DNA from: Desulfuromonadales bacterium
GTDB lineage: Bacteria > Desulfobacterota > Desulfuromonadia > Desulfuromonadales > JAWOCM01
Assembly: GCA_046483795.1 (NCBI GenBank)
Contig: JAWOCM010000069.1
Coordinates: 1,922-65,921 of the forward strand
DNA: 64,000 bases
Direction of reading: 5' to 3'
Below, in pieces: positions 1-9,567 of this stretch. Within the stretch, counting starts at the first letter, position 1. Every line of letters starts with the position of its first letter. The notes under the pieces were generated by a model. It was not told the DNA's origin and ran no database searches. It worked only from the letters and a program-made list of their open reading frames with translations. The position numbers and the translations under genes were made by a program.

Positions 1-710
1 TTCAGGGGGTGTTTGACAACTGGCCCACCGGAGACTTCGATCGGCAGACCATCCCGCCGGTGGATGCTGAATCGCAGGGGCAGGTCGTGGTGGCGACCAA
101 GGAGATCCCCCAGACGACGATCGTCATGGGGCATCTCGGTATCGACAAGGACGATCCGGACCTGTTCCCGGTGCGGGTCATGAATTACATTCTCGGCGGC
201 AGCGGCTTCAATTCACGCTTGATGCGCGAGGTCCGGTCCAACAGGGGATTGGCCTATTCCGTCTACTCCCGCTATCAGGCCGGCCGGCGCCTGCCGGGGA
301 TGTTCGTCGCCGGCAGTGAAACCGGCAATGCCACAACGATCGAGGTGGTCCGGCTGATGCGTCGTATCATGAAGCAGATGAGACAGGAGCCTGTCTCCGG
401 GGAGGAACTGGAACTGGCCAAAGAAAGCCTGGTCAACTCCTTTGTCTTTGCGTTCACAGATATGCATTCGGTCGTCGCCCGCAAAATGCGTCTCGATCAT
501 TTCGATTATCCCGAGGACTACCTGGAGACTTACCGGGAACGGGTTGCTGCCGTCACAGCCGAGGATGTTCTTCGGGTCGCTCAAGCCCATATCCATCCTG
601 ATCATTTGAAAATCGTTCTTGTCGGTTCTCCCGATGAATTCGAGACGCCCGTCGATTCCCTCGATTTCCCTGTCGAGGAGGTTTCAATCAAGGGGGAAGA
701 GAACAATTGA
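1..710 (+). CDS. M16 (pitrilysin/insulinase) family zinc peptidase, C-terminal part; 5' end outside window
   Basis: Reading frame 3 is open to the left edge. The translation GHLGIDKDDPDLFPVRVMNYILGGSGFNSRLMREVRSNRGLAYSVYS matches the conserved Peptidase_M16 C-terminal core. Confidence 0.8.
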   Translation, partial: QGVFDNWPTGDFDRQTIPPVDAESQGQVVVATKEIPQTTIVMGHLGIDKDDPDLFPVRVMNYILGGSGFNSRLMREVRSNRGLAYSVYSRYQAGRRLPGMFVAGSETGNATTIEVVRLMRRIMKQMRQEPVSGEELELAKESLVNSFVFAFTDMHSVVARKMRLDHFDYPEDYLETYRERVAAVTAEDVLRVAQAHIHPDHLKIVLVGSPDEFETPVDSLDFPVEEVSIKGEENN

Positions 711-815
711 AAGAAGTAAACGATACAGGAATGTTCATTTAATTGAAAAAGCCTCGTTTTATGTTCTAATAGAATCATGATTTGAAAGGTCTTATCGACC
801 GGTTCAGGAGGGCTC

Positions 816-1211
816 ATGCAGATTGATGTTCTTGTATTGATTATCACTGTGGCAGTCGTTGTCGTTGCACTGTTTCTCATCCCCACCCTTATTCAGATTA
901 AAGCGACCGCTCAGCGGATGGAACGTTTGGCGGAAGAAGCCGAACGCGAGATCATTCCTGTCGCACGCCAGCTCAGGGAAACCTCGGAGCATTTAAACAA
1001 AATATCGCGTGATGCCGGTCGTGGTTTTGAAGAACTGGAGCCCTTTATCGAGTCGATAGGCGACGTGGGTCAGTTCCTGCATCGATTTACCGGGGTGGCT
1101 CGAGGCGAGCTGGGGCAGTCGACCGGCAATGTCCTCGGTCTTTGGCTCGGGTTAAGAGCAGCCAGCAAAGTCCTGCTCAAGGATCTTCATAAAACCAAAA
1201 AAGGAGAGTGA
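816..1211 (+). CDS. DUF948 domain membrane protein
   Basis: N-terminal TM helix (VLVLIITVAVVVVALFLIPTLIQI) followed by a coiled region, typical of DUF948. It overlaps the next gene by 4 bp, so the two are probably an operon. Confidence 0.7.
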   Translation: MQIDVLVLIITVAVVVVALFLIPTLIQIKATAQRMERLAEEAEREIIPVARQLRETSEHLNKISRDAGRGFEELEPFIESIGDVGQFLHRFTGVARGELGQSTGNVLGLWLGLRAASKVLLKDLHKTKKGE

Positions 1212-1531
1212 TTATGTCAGATGATTGTCGATACGACGGTGGAGGTTCGGGTTTCATGCCATTCATCATGGGAGCAGCCATCGGTGCCGGACTGGCCCTG
1301 GTGTTCGCTCCGCGTTCCGGAGAGGAAACGCGACAAAAGGCGAACGATGTAGCCGATGATGTCCGGGAGAGAGTTCGTAAGATCATCGACGATGCCGAAG
1401 AGCGGATCAAGGAGACTGTCGATGAGAGCCGTGAAAATTTCGATGAAAAGAAAGAGGTCTTTGCTTCGGCCATTGCCGCCGGCAAAGAAGCCTATGAAGA
1501 GGGGCAAAAGAAGCACGAGACTGAAGGCTGA
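1208..1531 (+). CDS. YtxH domain protein (general-stress-like)
   Basis: FIMGAAIGAGLALVFAPRSGEETRQKANDVADDVRERV is the YtxH signature. It is translationally coupled to the DUF948 gene. Confidence 0.75.
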   Translation: MIMSDDCRYDGGGSGFMPFIMGAAIGAGLALVFAPRSGEETRQKANDVADDVRERVRKIIDDAEERIKETVDESRENFDEKKEVFASAIAAGKEAYEEGQKKHETEG

Positions 1532-1543
1532 TCAAATCCCAGG

Positions 1544-1569
1544 AAAAAGCCCACCTCGGTGGGCTTTTT
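1544..1569 (+). terminator. Rho-independent terminator after the DUF948/YtxH pair
   Basis: aaaaagcccac-ctcg-gtgggcttttt: GC-rich stem followed by a T-run. Confidence 0.7.
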
Positions 1570-1594
1570 CATTTCCGGTGCAAAGGCAGGGCGA

Positions 1595-2959
1595 ATGGAC
1601 CTGAAAAAAGCCTGGTCCGACCTGGCTTCTTATCTGAAAAGAGATATCTGGGAGGTCGACGTTAGAGGACTGCGCACCGGTAAGCGCATGGCGATCCGCA
1701 CGTCGCAGGTCGTATCGGTTGTCCTGCGCGATTTTTTCGCCGATCAGTGCGTGGTGCGCGCCGGATCCCTGTCTTTCAACACCCTTCTGGCACTGGTCCC
1801 CCTCCTAGCTCTGATGTTTTCCCTGTTCAAGGGGGTTGGTGGAGTCGAGTCGACCCTGCAGCCATTTTTGGTCGAGCAATTGACACTCGGTTCACCGGAC
1901 ATCAGCGAGCGGATTCTCGGTTACGTCGAAAACATCAGTGCGGGACAAGTCGGTGCCGTCGGACTGGGGGCTCTGATCCTCTCTGTTATTGCCCTGCTGA
2001 ACAATGTCGAGAAAAGTTTCAATCATGTCTGGGGAGTGAAGGAGACCAGGCCGTTCTTCCGAGTTTTCGCCTACTATTCGTCTTTGGTCATCGTGGGTCC
2101 GGTTTTCCTAATGGCCGCCATTTCGATGACGACTTCCCTGAAAAATCAGGCTTTCGTCCAGATTCTGCTTGATCAACCCGTTGTCGGAACAACGGCATAC
2201 CTTCTCTTCCAGATCGTCCCCTTTCTGGTCATGTGGTTTTTTTTCACCTTTATCTATCTTTTTATTCCCAACCTGAAGGTTAACCTGAGCGCTGCCGTTA
2301 TCGGCGGAATTTGCGCCGGCACTCTCTGGATTCTCACCCAGGGACTTTACGTCGATCTGCAGATCGGAGTCTCCCGTTACAACGCCATTTACGGAACGAT
2401 GGCAGCGTTGCCGATCCTGATGATCTGGATATTTATCTCCTGGCTGATCGTTTTTCTCGGCCTGGAGATGACCTATGTGTTCCAGAATCTCTCAAGCATT
2501 CGTCGGGAATATCGCGGCGAGAGAGCAAATTTTGCAAGCCGCGAAATGGTGGCACTGACCCTTCTTCTGGTTATTACCCGGAATTTCTATGCCGGCGGGA
2601 AACCCTGGAGTCTTGAAGAGTTGTCACGGATGCTTGATATTCCTCCCCGACTGGGGCGAAGCATGGTCAACGAGTTGGTCGATCTGGGGTATTTGAGCGA
2701 GGCACGCACTTCGGAAAAGGGGGACTTCGGATATCAGCCGGCCCGAGCTCCCGATCAAGTCACTGTTTTCGAAGTTCTACAGGCTCTGCGGGAGGATGGA
2801 TCCCGTTTCGTCAGGCAGCGTTCGCAGTCTGAATTCCGTCTGGTCAGTTCGATCGAGGATAAACTAAAGGAGGTCGACCGGCAGGCCCTTGATGGAATGA
2901 CCCTTCTCGATCTGGCGCAGTCGAGTATGGAGAGCGAGGAGCAAGAGGCCGGAAGCTGA
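1595..2959 (+). CDS. YihY/BrkB family inner-membrane protein with C-terminal Rrf2-like winged-helix extension
   Basis: Multi-TM core (SLSFNTLLALVPLLALMFSLF...YGTMAALPILMIWIFISWLIVFLGLE) typical of YihY. The ATG at 1595 is preferred over 1559 because 1559 lies inside the upstream terminator hairpin. The C-terminal part resembles Rrf2/IscR-type wHTH. Confidence 0.8.
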   Translation: MDLKKAWSDLASYLKRDIWEVDVRGLRTGKRMAIRTSQVVSVVLRDFFADQCVVRAGSLSFNTLLALVPLLALMFSLFKGVGGVESTLQPFLVEQLTLGSPDISERILGYVENISAGQVGAVGLGALILSVIALLNNVEKSFNHVWGVKETRPFFRVFAYYSSLVIVGPVFLMAAISMTTSLKNQAFVQILLDQPVVGTTAYLLFQIVPFLVMWFFFTFIYLFIPNLKVNLSAAVIGGICAGTLWILTQGLYVDLQIGVSRYNAIYGTMAALPILMIWIFISWLIVFLGLEMTYVFQNLSSIRREYRGERANFASREMVALTLLLVITRNFYAGGKPWSLEELSRMLDIPPRLGRSMVNELVDLGYLSEARTSEKGDFGYQPARAPDQVTVFEVLQALREDGSRFVRQRSQSEFRLVSSIEDKLKEVDRQALDGMTLLDLAQSSMESEEQEAGS

Positions 2960-3002
2960 TCAAGAACGTCCGTTGGAGACTTTAGAGAAGAAGTTTTGAA
3001 GT

Positions 3003-3713
3003 TTACCAGGTTTCCAGGGAAAAGGAGCCGTTCTCAAGAACGGCATAGGAGTATTGGTCGATCCAGTCTCCCAGGGCGATGATCGTGCCTTCGGGGGTTT
3101 TTTGTATAAAGGGAGTATGAAAATGCCCCGAAATAACGCCGTCGAAACCTTCTGTCAGTTTTCTCTCACCGAAGGCCGAAACCATCTCTCTTGCGCTGTG
3201 CCTGTTGTTATAGGAAGAATGTTTCTTCTGGCTCTGGCGGCTTCCCCATCTGGCGATGGACCAGGCCAGGTCAGGGGGGATCAGGCTTTTCAGGATTTTG
3301 AAAGGACGACTTCGAAGGAGCCGGCGCAACAGGCGGTAGCCTTTATCTGATGTGTCGATCAGATCGCCGTGAATGATCAGCAGGCACTGGTTTTCAACCT
3401 CGATTTCTCCGCCGTCGGGAAAGATTCTGGCCTCGAGAACCTTTTCGAAATAAGGGCCGAGATGGAAATCGTGATTGCCTTCAACATAGACGATTTCGGT
3501 GCCGGTTTCCTTGAGGCGGCGCAGGGCGTCCAGGACAGGAACGTAGGGAGAAAAGACGATGTGCCGGTATCCGATCCAGAATTCGAAGATATCCCCGAGA
3601 AGGAAAAGAGTTCGCGTTTTTCCTTGCAGGCTGTTCAGAAAATCGAGGAAGCAACGGTAATTTTCCGAAGCGGGATCGGCCAGATGGGCATCTGCGACAA
3701 AGACGTCTTTCAT
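3003..3713 (-). CDS. lpxH: UDP-2,3-diacylglucosamine diphosphatase (LpxH-type calcineurin-like phosphoesterase)
   Basis: N-terminus MKDVFVADAHL...LFLLGDIFEFWIGY...VEGNHDFHLG carries the LpxH metallophosphoesterase motifs. Confidence 0.8.
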   Translation of the reverse strand: MKDVFVADAHLADPASENYRCFLDFLNSLQGKTRTLFLLGDIFEFWIGYRHIVFSPYVPVLDALRRLKETGTEIVYVEGNHDFHLGPYFEKVLEARIFPDGGEIEVENQCLLIIHGDLIDTSDKGYRLLRRLLRSRPFKILKSLIPPDLAWSIARWGSRQSQKKHSSYNNRHSAREMVSAFGERKLTEGFDGVISGHFHTPFIQKTPEGTIIALGDWIDQYSYAVLENGSFSLETW

Positions 3714-3970
3714 AGCTCGAAACTATAATCCTGGGCCTTGAAAATGTCAAGATTGGCAGCCTGTGTCGAATCGCAGGCGGTTGAAGGCTGGGGCGTATTT
3801 TACAGACAATTTTCCCTCTGAAGTGGGGTCTGAAAGCCTGAAGACTTGTCCCGAATGGCAAGGGCGGTTATGATGCAGCCGGGATTGCGATCAGAGGGTT
3901 GATCCCGCATGGGCTTAACTAGTATCAAGGCGTGCTTCAGGCGGTTTGGAATGATCCAGGAGAACCTCCC

Positions 3971-4435
3971 ATGAAACGCAAACCGATCATTGCCGTTATC
4001 GGAGCCGGTCAGGCCAGCCGCTCCGGGTATGAAAGGGCCCGTGAAGTCGGGCGGCAGATCGCAGCCAGCGGGGCCGTCCTTATTAGCGGAGGGCTCGGCG
4101 GTATCATGGAGGCGGCCAGTCGGGGGTGCTCGGAGGCCGGCGGGATGGTTGTCGGCATATTGCCGGGCTCCGAGGCCGAAGAGGCCAACGATTACGTCCA
4201 GATTGCCCTGCCGACCAACCTTGGACATGCCCGGAATATCGTTATCGCCCATTCGGCCAACGCCCTGGTTGCCGTCGAGGGGGAATACGGTACCCTTTCG
4301 GAAATGGCTGTGGCGTTGAAACTGGGACGGCCTGTCGTGACCCTTGATTGCCGCTGGGAAATCGAAGGTGCCGTACCCGCGGCCACTCCAGTCGAGGCAG
4401 TCAGTATTGCCCTGGAAAGGATGAATCATAAGTGA
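3971..4435 (+). CDS. TIGR00725-family (LOG/SLOG-like Rossmann) protein
   Basis: PIIAVIGAGQAS...GAVLISGGLGGIMEAASRGCSEAGGMVVGILPG...ALVAVEGEYGTLSE. The ATG at 3971 has a GGAGAA ribosome-binding site. Confidence 0.75.
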   Translation: MKRKPIIAVIGAGQASRSGYERAREVGRQIAASGAVLISGGLGGIMEAASRGCSEAGGMVVGILPGSEAEEANDYVQIALPTNLGHARNIVIAHSANALVAVEGEYGTLSEMAVALKLGRPVVTLDCRWEIEGAVPAATPVEAVSIALERMNHK

Positions 4436-5523
4436 GTACCGATAACGGCAAAGAAGAAAAGGAAAATAAAGAGAAGAGCAAAGAGAAGGAAAACATGGTG
4501 CGTTCCCGGCACATCTCCAGCGAACTGCTCGACTGGATTGTCGGCAAACGTCGCATCCTCATCGTCGCTCACGACAATCCAGATCCGGATTCCCTGGCGT
4601 CGGCCTATGCCCTTCGTCACCTCTTTCTCGTCAAGACAGGACGGGAGTCGACCATTGCCTTCGGTGGCATCATCGGGAGAGGGGAAAACCGGGTGATGGT
4701 GGAGAAACTGGAAATCAAAGCGATACCCATCGAGAACGTCGATCTGGCCAGCTACGATGTCATCTGCCTTGTCGATACTCAGCCTGGATCGGGCAACAAT
4801 TCTTTCCCTGCTGACCGGGACGTGCATGTCGTCATCGACCATCATCCGGAGCGAGAGCAAACCAGGCACTGCCGTTGGGCTGACATTCGTCCCGAGTACG
4901 GTGCCAGCGCGACGATCCTTTTCGAATACCTCCTCAGCCAGGAAGTCTATTTCGGCACCAAGCTGGCAACCACCCTGTTTTATGCGATCAAGTCCGAAAC
5001 CCAGGACCTGGGGAGGGAGTGGACCAAGGCCGACCGTGATGCCTATCTGCATTTGCTTCGTCGGTCGAACAACAGAATCCTTTACGACATCACCCATCCA
5101 AAGGCGCCGAGGGGTTATTTTTTGTTTTTCAACAAGGCCCTGGAAAATGCACGGCTCTATGACAAGGTTCTGGTCTTCAACCTTTACGATATCGACAATC
5201 CGGATATGGTTTCTGAAATGGCCGATTTTCTGCTGCGTATGGAGGGGGTCGAAGTTACGCTCGGCATGGGACGATTCAAGAAACAGGTTATTGTTTCGAT
5301 GCGAACGAGCGACCCGGATCTCAACGCCGGCGCAGTCGTCCAGAGAGTTCTCGATGGCCTCGGAACGGCCGGCGGCCATGGCATGATCGCAGGAGGCCAG
5401 ATCGTTCCTCAGGAGGGGAGTGATGCAGTGCTTCGAGAACTGCAGTCCTCCCTGACCACTCGTCTGCTCAAGGCCCTTGACATGCCTGTCGTCAAGGGAA
5501 AAAAACTCATCACGGATTCATAG
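4432..5523 (+). CDS. DHH/DHHA1 family phosphoesterase
   Basis: ILIVAHDNPDPDSLASAYAL, VVIDHHPE and a C-terminal GTAGGHGMIAGG (DHHA1 GGGH-like) motif. The GTG start overlaps the upstream stop; an alternative ATG lies at 4495. Confidence 0.8.
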   Translation: MSTDNGKEEKENKEKSKEKENMVRSRHISSELLDWIVGKRRILIVAHDNPDPDSLASAYALRHLFLVKTGRESTIAFGGIIGRGENRVMVEKLEIKAIPIENVDLASYDVICLVDTQPGSGNNSFPADRDVHVVIDHHPEREQTRHCRWADIRPEYGASATILFEYLLSQEVYFGTKLATTLFYAIKSETQDLGREWTKADRDAYLHLLRRSNNRILYDITHPKAPRGYFLFFNKALENARLYDKVLVFNLYDIDNPDMVSEMADFLLRMEGVEVTLGMGRFKKQVIVSMRTSDPDLNAGAVVQRVLDGLGTAGGHGMIAGGQIVPQEGSDAVLRELQSSLTTRLLKALDMPVVKGKKLITDS

Positions 5524-5635
5524 TCGACCTCCCCCTCTTCGCGTTTCCCCTTTCGATCCCGCAGCTCCTTTATCCGTTTTTCAGGGCTGTGGCTTGGATT
5601 GGCATGTTTCGCCATGCAGAGGATTGGTCTTCGCA

Positions 5636-5665
5636 TTGACAGATTCGCGCAGATTGCGGTATAAA
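5636..5665 (+). promoter_or_regulatory. Candidate sigma70-type promoter for the amidase-rph-rdgB genes
   Basis: TTGACA-18 nt-TATAAA, about 30 nt upstream of the 5694 start codon. Confidence 0.3.
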
Positions 5666-5693
5666 CGGAGCTCTTCCTCAAGCCGGAGAGATC

Positions 5694-6773
5694 ATGATTC
5701 GATATATCTTTTTTTTGTGTATTTTCCTGTCAAGTGCCGCTTCGGCAATGGCGGCCATAGAACTGGGCCGTGAAGGCGATAAATTGCAACGGATCGAGGA
5801 GGTCTATCTTCTCGATGGAACCCACTACCTCGATATAGAAGAAGTGTTCGATGCGCTCGATATCAAGGGGGACTGGGATTCGGTCGAGCATGTGTACCGC
5901 TTTCGTACCGATGTGGGCCAGGCACAGTTCTATCCCGGTGGCGACTATCTCGTCGTCGGCCAACGGTATATCCCGCTCGACCATTCGCCCCGGTTCATCG
6001 ACGGTCGACTGCGAATTCCCGAGGAATTCGTCACTGTTCACCTTTCCAATCTGGTCGATGATCCCATTCACTACCGGAATTTCGATCCGCCCGAAGTCAG
6101 CGAGCCGGATGAGAAGGGGGGGATCGACGGTCTTTTTTCCTTTCTGCTGCGCAAAAAGGAAAAGAAAGCCGAAAACCCCATATCCCGCGCCCTGGCCATC
6201 GACCCAGGCCATGGCGGGACTGACCCCGGCGTGTTCGTTTCCTCGGGTGTTAAAGAGAAAAATGTGAACCTCGCAGTCGCCGAAGAACTGGAAAAGCTGG
6301 TCAAGATGGAACTCGGCATTCCGGTTTATCTCACCCGGGATCGGGATTATCGCTTAAGCCGCAAAAAGCGTTTCGAGACTGCGGCCCGTCCCGGGGTCGA
6401 TGCCTTTATCCTGTTGCATGCCCAGGCTTCTTTCGATTCGGCATTGAGCGGGGTGACACTTGTGGTTCGCTCCGACATGACGGATGGCACTACTGCCACT
6501 CCGAAAATACAGGATGGAAACAGCAGGAAGTTGGCCGAAGAAATAAAAGCGGCACTTGAATCGCGCGGCTTTGTGGTCAATGGAATAATCGAAGCGCCGC
6601 TGCTGCCGTTGGGACGCGGTAACCTCCCGACCGTTCTGGTTGAAATGGGTTATCTTTCGAATCCCGAAGACCTGCGGCGTTTGCAAAATCCAGAGCAGCA
6701 GCAAAGCTTGGCCCATGCTCTTTTTGACGGCGTCAGAAAGTTCAACACCACAACGAAGGAGGCCGGACAGTGA
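5694..6773 (+). CDS. N-acetylmuramoyl-L-alanine amidase (AmiC-like, with N-terminal AMIN-like region)
   Basis: Signal peptide followed by [15 protein letters not shown]...FILLHAQAS...[12 protein letters not shown], the Amidase_3 motifs. Confidence 0.85.
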   Translation: MIRYIFFLCIFLSSAASAMAAIELGREGDKLQRIEEVYLLDGTHYLDIEEVFDALDIKGDWDSVEHVYRFRTDVGQAQFYPGGDYLVVGQRYIPLDHSPRFIDGRLRIPEEFVTVHLSNLVDDPIHYRNFDPPEVSEPDEKGGIDGLFSFLLRKKEKKAENPISRALAIDPGHGGTDPGVFVSSGVKEKNVNLAVAEELEKLVKMELGIPVYLTRDRDYRLSRKKRFETAARPGVDAFILLHAQASFDSALSGVTLVVRSDMTDGTTATPKIQDGNSRKLAEEIKAALESRGFVVNGIIEAPLLPLGRGNLPTVLVEMGYLSNPEDLRRLQNPEQQQSLAHALFDGVRKFNTTTKEAGQ

Positions 6774-7504
6774 GCAGTAGCGTCGCAAACCGTACCGATG
6801 GCCGTTCGGCTGACGAGATACGCCAGGTTAGTTTCGAGCGCAACTTTACTCGTTATGCCGAAGGATCGGTTCTGGTCTGTTTCGGAGAAACACGGGTTCT
6901 GTGTAATGCTTCCGTGGAAGAATCGGTCCCATCCTTCATGCGGGGACAGGGACGAGGCTGGGTGACTGCCGAATACTCGATGCTGCCGCGGGCGACACAC
7001 ACTCGATCCGTCCGCGAGGCGGCAAAAGGCAAGATCGGGGGGCGGACCCAGGAGATTCAGCGCCTGATAGGGCGTTCCCTCAGGGCTGTTGTCGATCTGG
7101 AAGCTCTCGGAGAGCGCAGCATTCTCATCGATTGCGATGTCATCCAGGCTGACGGGGGAACCCGGACGGCTGCCATCACCGGTGCCTATGTCGCCCTTTG
7201 CGATGCGATCGCGACACTGCTGAAAGACGACCTGATTGCCTCCAGTCCGCTCAAAGACAACGTCAGCGCCGTCAGTGCCGGTATTGTCGGCGGAGAACCG
7301 ATCCTCGACCTCAATTATCAGGAAGACTTTGCTGCAGATGTCGACATGAACTTTGTCATCACCGGCAGCGGGAAGTTTGTCGAGGTGCAAGGCACCGCGG
7401 AGGAAGAGCCTTTTTCCCAGTCGCAACTCGACGCCCTGAGCCACCTGGCTCGATGTGGGTGCGGAAAACTGGCCGATTTGCAGAATCGAGCGCTGGAGGA
7501 CTAG
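6770..7504 (+). CDS. rph: Ribonuclease PH
   Basis: [44 protein letters not shown]...[23 protein letters not shown]. Confidence 0.95.
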   Translation: MSSSVANRTDGRSADEIRQVSFERNFTRYAEGSVLVCFGETRVLCNASVEESVPSFMRGQGRGWVTAEYSMLPRATHTRSVREAAKGKIGGRTQEIQRLIGRSLRAVVDLEALGERSILIDCDVIQADGGTRTAAITGAYVALCDAIATLLKDDLIASSPLKDNVSAVSAGIVGGEPILDLNYQEDFAADVDMNFVITGSGKFVEVQGTAEEEPFSQSQLDALSHLARCGCGKLADLQNRALED

Positions 7505-7505
7505 C

Positions 7506-8093
7506 GTGAAACTGGTGATAGCGACCCGCAATAAAGGAAAAATGCGGGAAATACGTCAGATTCTCGAAGATATCGATGTCGAAATACTGAGCATCGAAAA
7601 TTTCTCCGGCCTGCCTGAAGTTGTCGAAGATGGCGATACATTTTCTGCCAATGCCCGGAAAAAAGCGGCCACCATAGCCCGGTTGAGCGGATGTCTGACC
7701 CTTGCCGATGATTCCGGATTGAGTGTTGATGCGCTTGAGGGAAAGCCGGGGGTTCTGTCCGCCCGATACGCCGGTGAGGACGCCACCGACGCTGAGAATA
7801 ACCGTAAACTGCTCGAAGATCTTGCCGGGATTCCACCTGAACGTCGCCAGGGAGCTTTTTACTGCGTCATGGCCCTTTGTCGGGCCGATGGTGACTGTCG
7901 AACTTTCTCCGGGAAGCTCGAAGGAGAAATCATTGGCAATCCGCGGGGAAATAGTGGGTTCGGCTATGACCCGCTATTTCTGGTCCCTGAATACGACAGG
8001 ACTCTGGCGGAACTTCCCCTTGAAACGAAAAACCGAATCAGTCATCGGGGACGGGCTCTCAGGCAGGTCGCCAACTATCTGAAGCATCCTTAA
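7506..8093 (+). CDS. rdgB: RdgB/HAM1 non-canonical purine NTP pyrophosphatase
   Basis: [16 protein letters not shown]...[25 protein letters not shown]...GFGYDPLF...SHRGRAL. GTG start immediately after the rph stop. Confidence 0.9.
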   Translation: MKLVIATRNKGKMREIRQILEDIDVEILSIENFSGLPEVVEDGDTFSANARKKAATIARLSGCLTLADDSGLSVDALEGKPGVLSARYAGEDATDAENNRKLLEDLAGIPPERRQGAFYCVMALCRADGDCRTFSGKLEGEIIGNPRGNSGFGYDPLFLVPEYDRTLAELPLETKNRISHRGRALRQVANYLKHP

Positions 8094-8193
8094 TGGGTGA
8101 ATTTTCTTGCTGGAAATTCCCTCGAAGCATGTCATAATGTTAAGAAATTTAATTCGCCCGTACAATAACGTCAAAAATCCAAGGAGGTCAAAG

Positions 8194-8505
8194 ATGAAAA
8201 ATGTCATCAAAACACTCGTTACCTGCTCAGCCCTTCTGCTGCTGCTCTCGGCTTGTGCCGCCCCGTCTCTCAATGACGAGGATCGCAATCTTCTGAATCA
8301 GGCCATTGATTCCAGCCAGGATGCCCAGGAGGCTTCGACGCAGGCCACTGACTCGGCCAACCAGGCTGAGGAATCCGCCAACCAGGCGCAAAGTGCCGCT
8401 GACCGCGCAGAAGCTGCTGCAGTCAGAGCTGAAGATGGCGCAACGCAGGCTGAGGACAGCGCACAGAAGGCGGAAGAAGCTTTCGAGATGAGCCTGTCCA
8501 AGTAA
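8194..8505 (+). CDS. Alanine-zipper (Lpp/Braun-like) lipoprotein
   Basis: AAGGAGG ribosome-binding site 6 nt upstream of the ATG. Signal peptide with lipobox LLSAC. The mature part is an A/Q/E/S-rich coiled coil ending in ...MSLSK (C-terminal Lys). Confidence 0.75.
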   Translation: MKNVIKTLVTCSALLLLLSACAAPSLNDEDRNLLNQAIDSSQDAQEASTQATDSANQAEESANQAQSAADRAEAAAVRAEDGATQAEDSAQKAEEAFEMSLSK

Positions 8506-8542
8506 TTCTAGGCACTTACATTTCAGGTCCAACAAGTTGAAC

Positions 8543-8584
8543 CAAGAAGCCGCGAAGCCCTCCGAAAAGCTTCGCGGCTTCTTG
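8543..8584. terminator. Bidirectional hairpin between convergent genes
   Basis: Perfect 16-bp stem caagaagccgcgaagc / gcttcgcggcttcttg with a 10-nt loop, lying between the two stop codons. Confidence 0.7.
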
Positions 8585-8589
8585 TATCT

Positions 8590-9567
8590 TCAGCTTCTTT
8601 CTCTCGGTCCGGGCTGACGATCCTTTCCAATACGTCCGGCCGGCGGCGATCGGGAAATCGGGACGGGAAACCCCTGCTGCTGATCCAGCGCCCCTCGTAA
8701 GGTCTTGCGATTTATGCTGTACGGCCAGTTCAGATCGTCCACCTGCTTTTCGATCTCGACGATCAGATCTTCCCTGCTGAATCTTTCCAGATAATCCGGA
8801 TGTATTTCCAGCCATAGCGTATCATCCCGAATACCGACCTTGGCCGGTTGATAGACAACCCTGACCGGTGTGCCAAGCTTCACCTTGCCGAAGAGGTCTT
8901 TGATATCTTCGGGATAAAGACGGATGCAGCCATGACTGACCCGCCGGCCGATGCCGTAAGGTTTATTGGTGCCGTGGATCCCGTGGCCTCGCGGTGTAAA
9001 GCGCAACCAGTAATCACCCAGGGGATTGTCTGGCCCTGGAGGTATGAAGGCCGGTTTATCCGGTTGCTCAGCCCGGACAGATTCAGGCACCCGCCAGGTG
9101 GGGCGGCTCACTCTCTGGATGATTCCGAACTCTCCCTCAGGCGTTTCGGTGCCTTGCTTCCCGATGCCCACCGGATAGATACGGACTTTGTAAAGCCCGT
9201 TCGACTCCCAGATGAGATAAAGTCGATGTTCTGCCAGATTTATGGTGATGCCTGGCCGGGGGGGGGAGGTGAGGATGGACGCATAAGGAAGAACGATGGG
9301 TTGGCCCGCCGGCGGACGCCAGGGATCGATGCCCGGATTGGCCTGAACGAGGCCGAGATAGCCAAGTCCCATGTAACGGGCCACCTTGATGAGATTGTCG
9401 CCGTCGTCCAGGAAGTAACGCTGATTTTTCCCTATGACCGGGGCCGGACTCTGGCCGACGAGAAAGGATTCTCCTTCGGGGCGGGGATACCACCCTTGGG
9501 CCGTTGTTGCGGCAAGAAACAGGGAAGAACAGAAAAAAAAGAAAAAGGATATACGCATAAACTCCAT
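8590..9567 (-). CDS. L,D-transpeptidase (YkuD domain)
   Basis: HGIHGTNKPYGIGRRVSHGCIRLYPEDI contains the catalytic SHGC motif. A signal peptide (MEFMRISFFFFFCSSLFLAATTAQG) favours a start at 9567 or 9558 over 9675. Confidence 0.85.
   Translation of the reverse strand: MEFMRISFFFFFCSSLFLAATTAQGWYPRPEGESFLVGQSPAPVIGKNQRYFLDDGDNLIKVARYMGLGYLGLVQANPGIDPWRPPAGQPIVLPYASILTSPPRPGITINLAEHRLYLIWESNGLYKVRIYPVGIGKQGTETPEGEFGIIQRVSRPTWRVPESVRAEQPDKPAFIPPGPDNPLGDYWLRFTPRGHGIHGTNKPYGIGRRVSHGCIRLYPEDIKDLFGKVKLGTPVRVVYQPAKVGIRDDTLWLEIHPDYLERFSREDLIVEIEKQVDDLNWPYSINRKTLRGALDQQQGFPVPISRSPPAGRIGKDRQPGPRERS

Noticed and set aside
4426-5379. 317-aa minus-strand ORF
   Set aside because: It is antisense to the DHH phosphoesterase.
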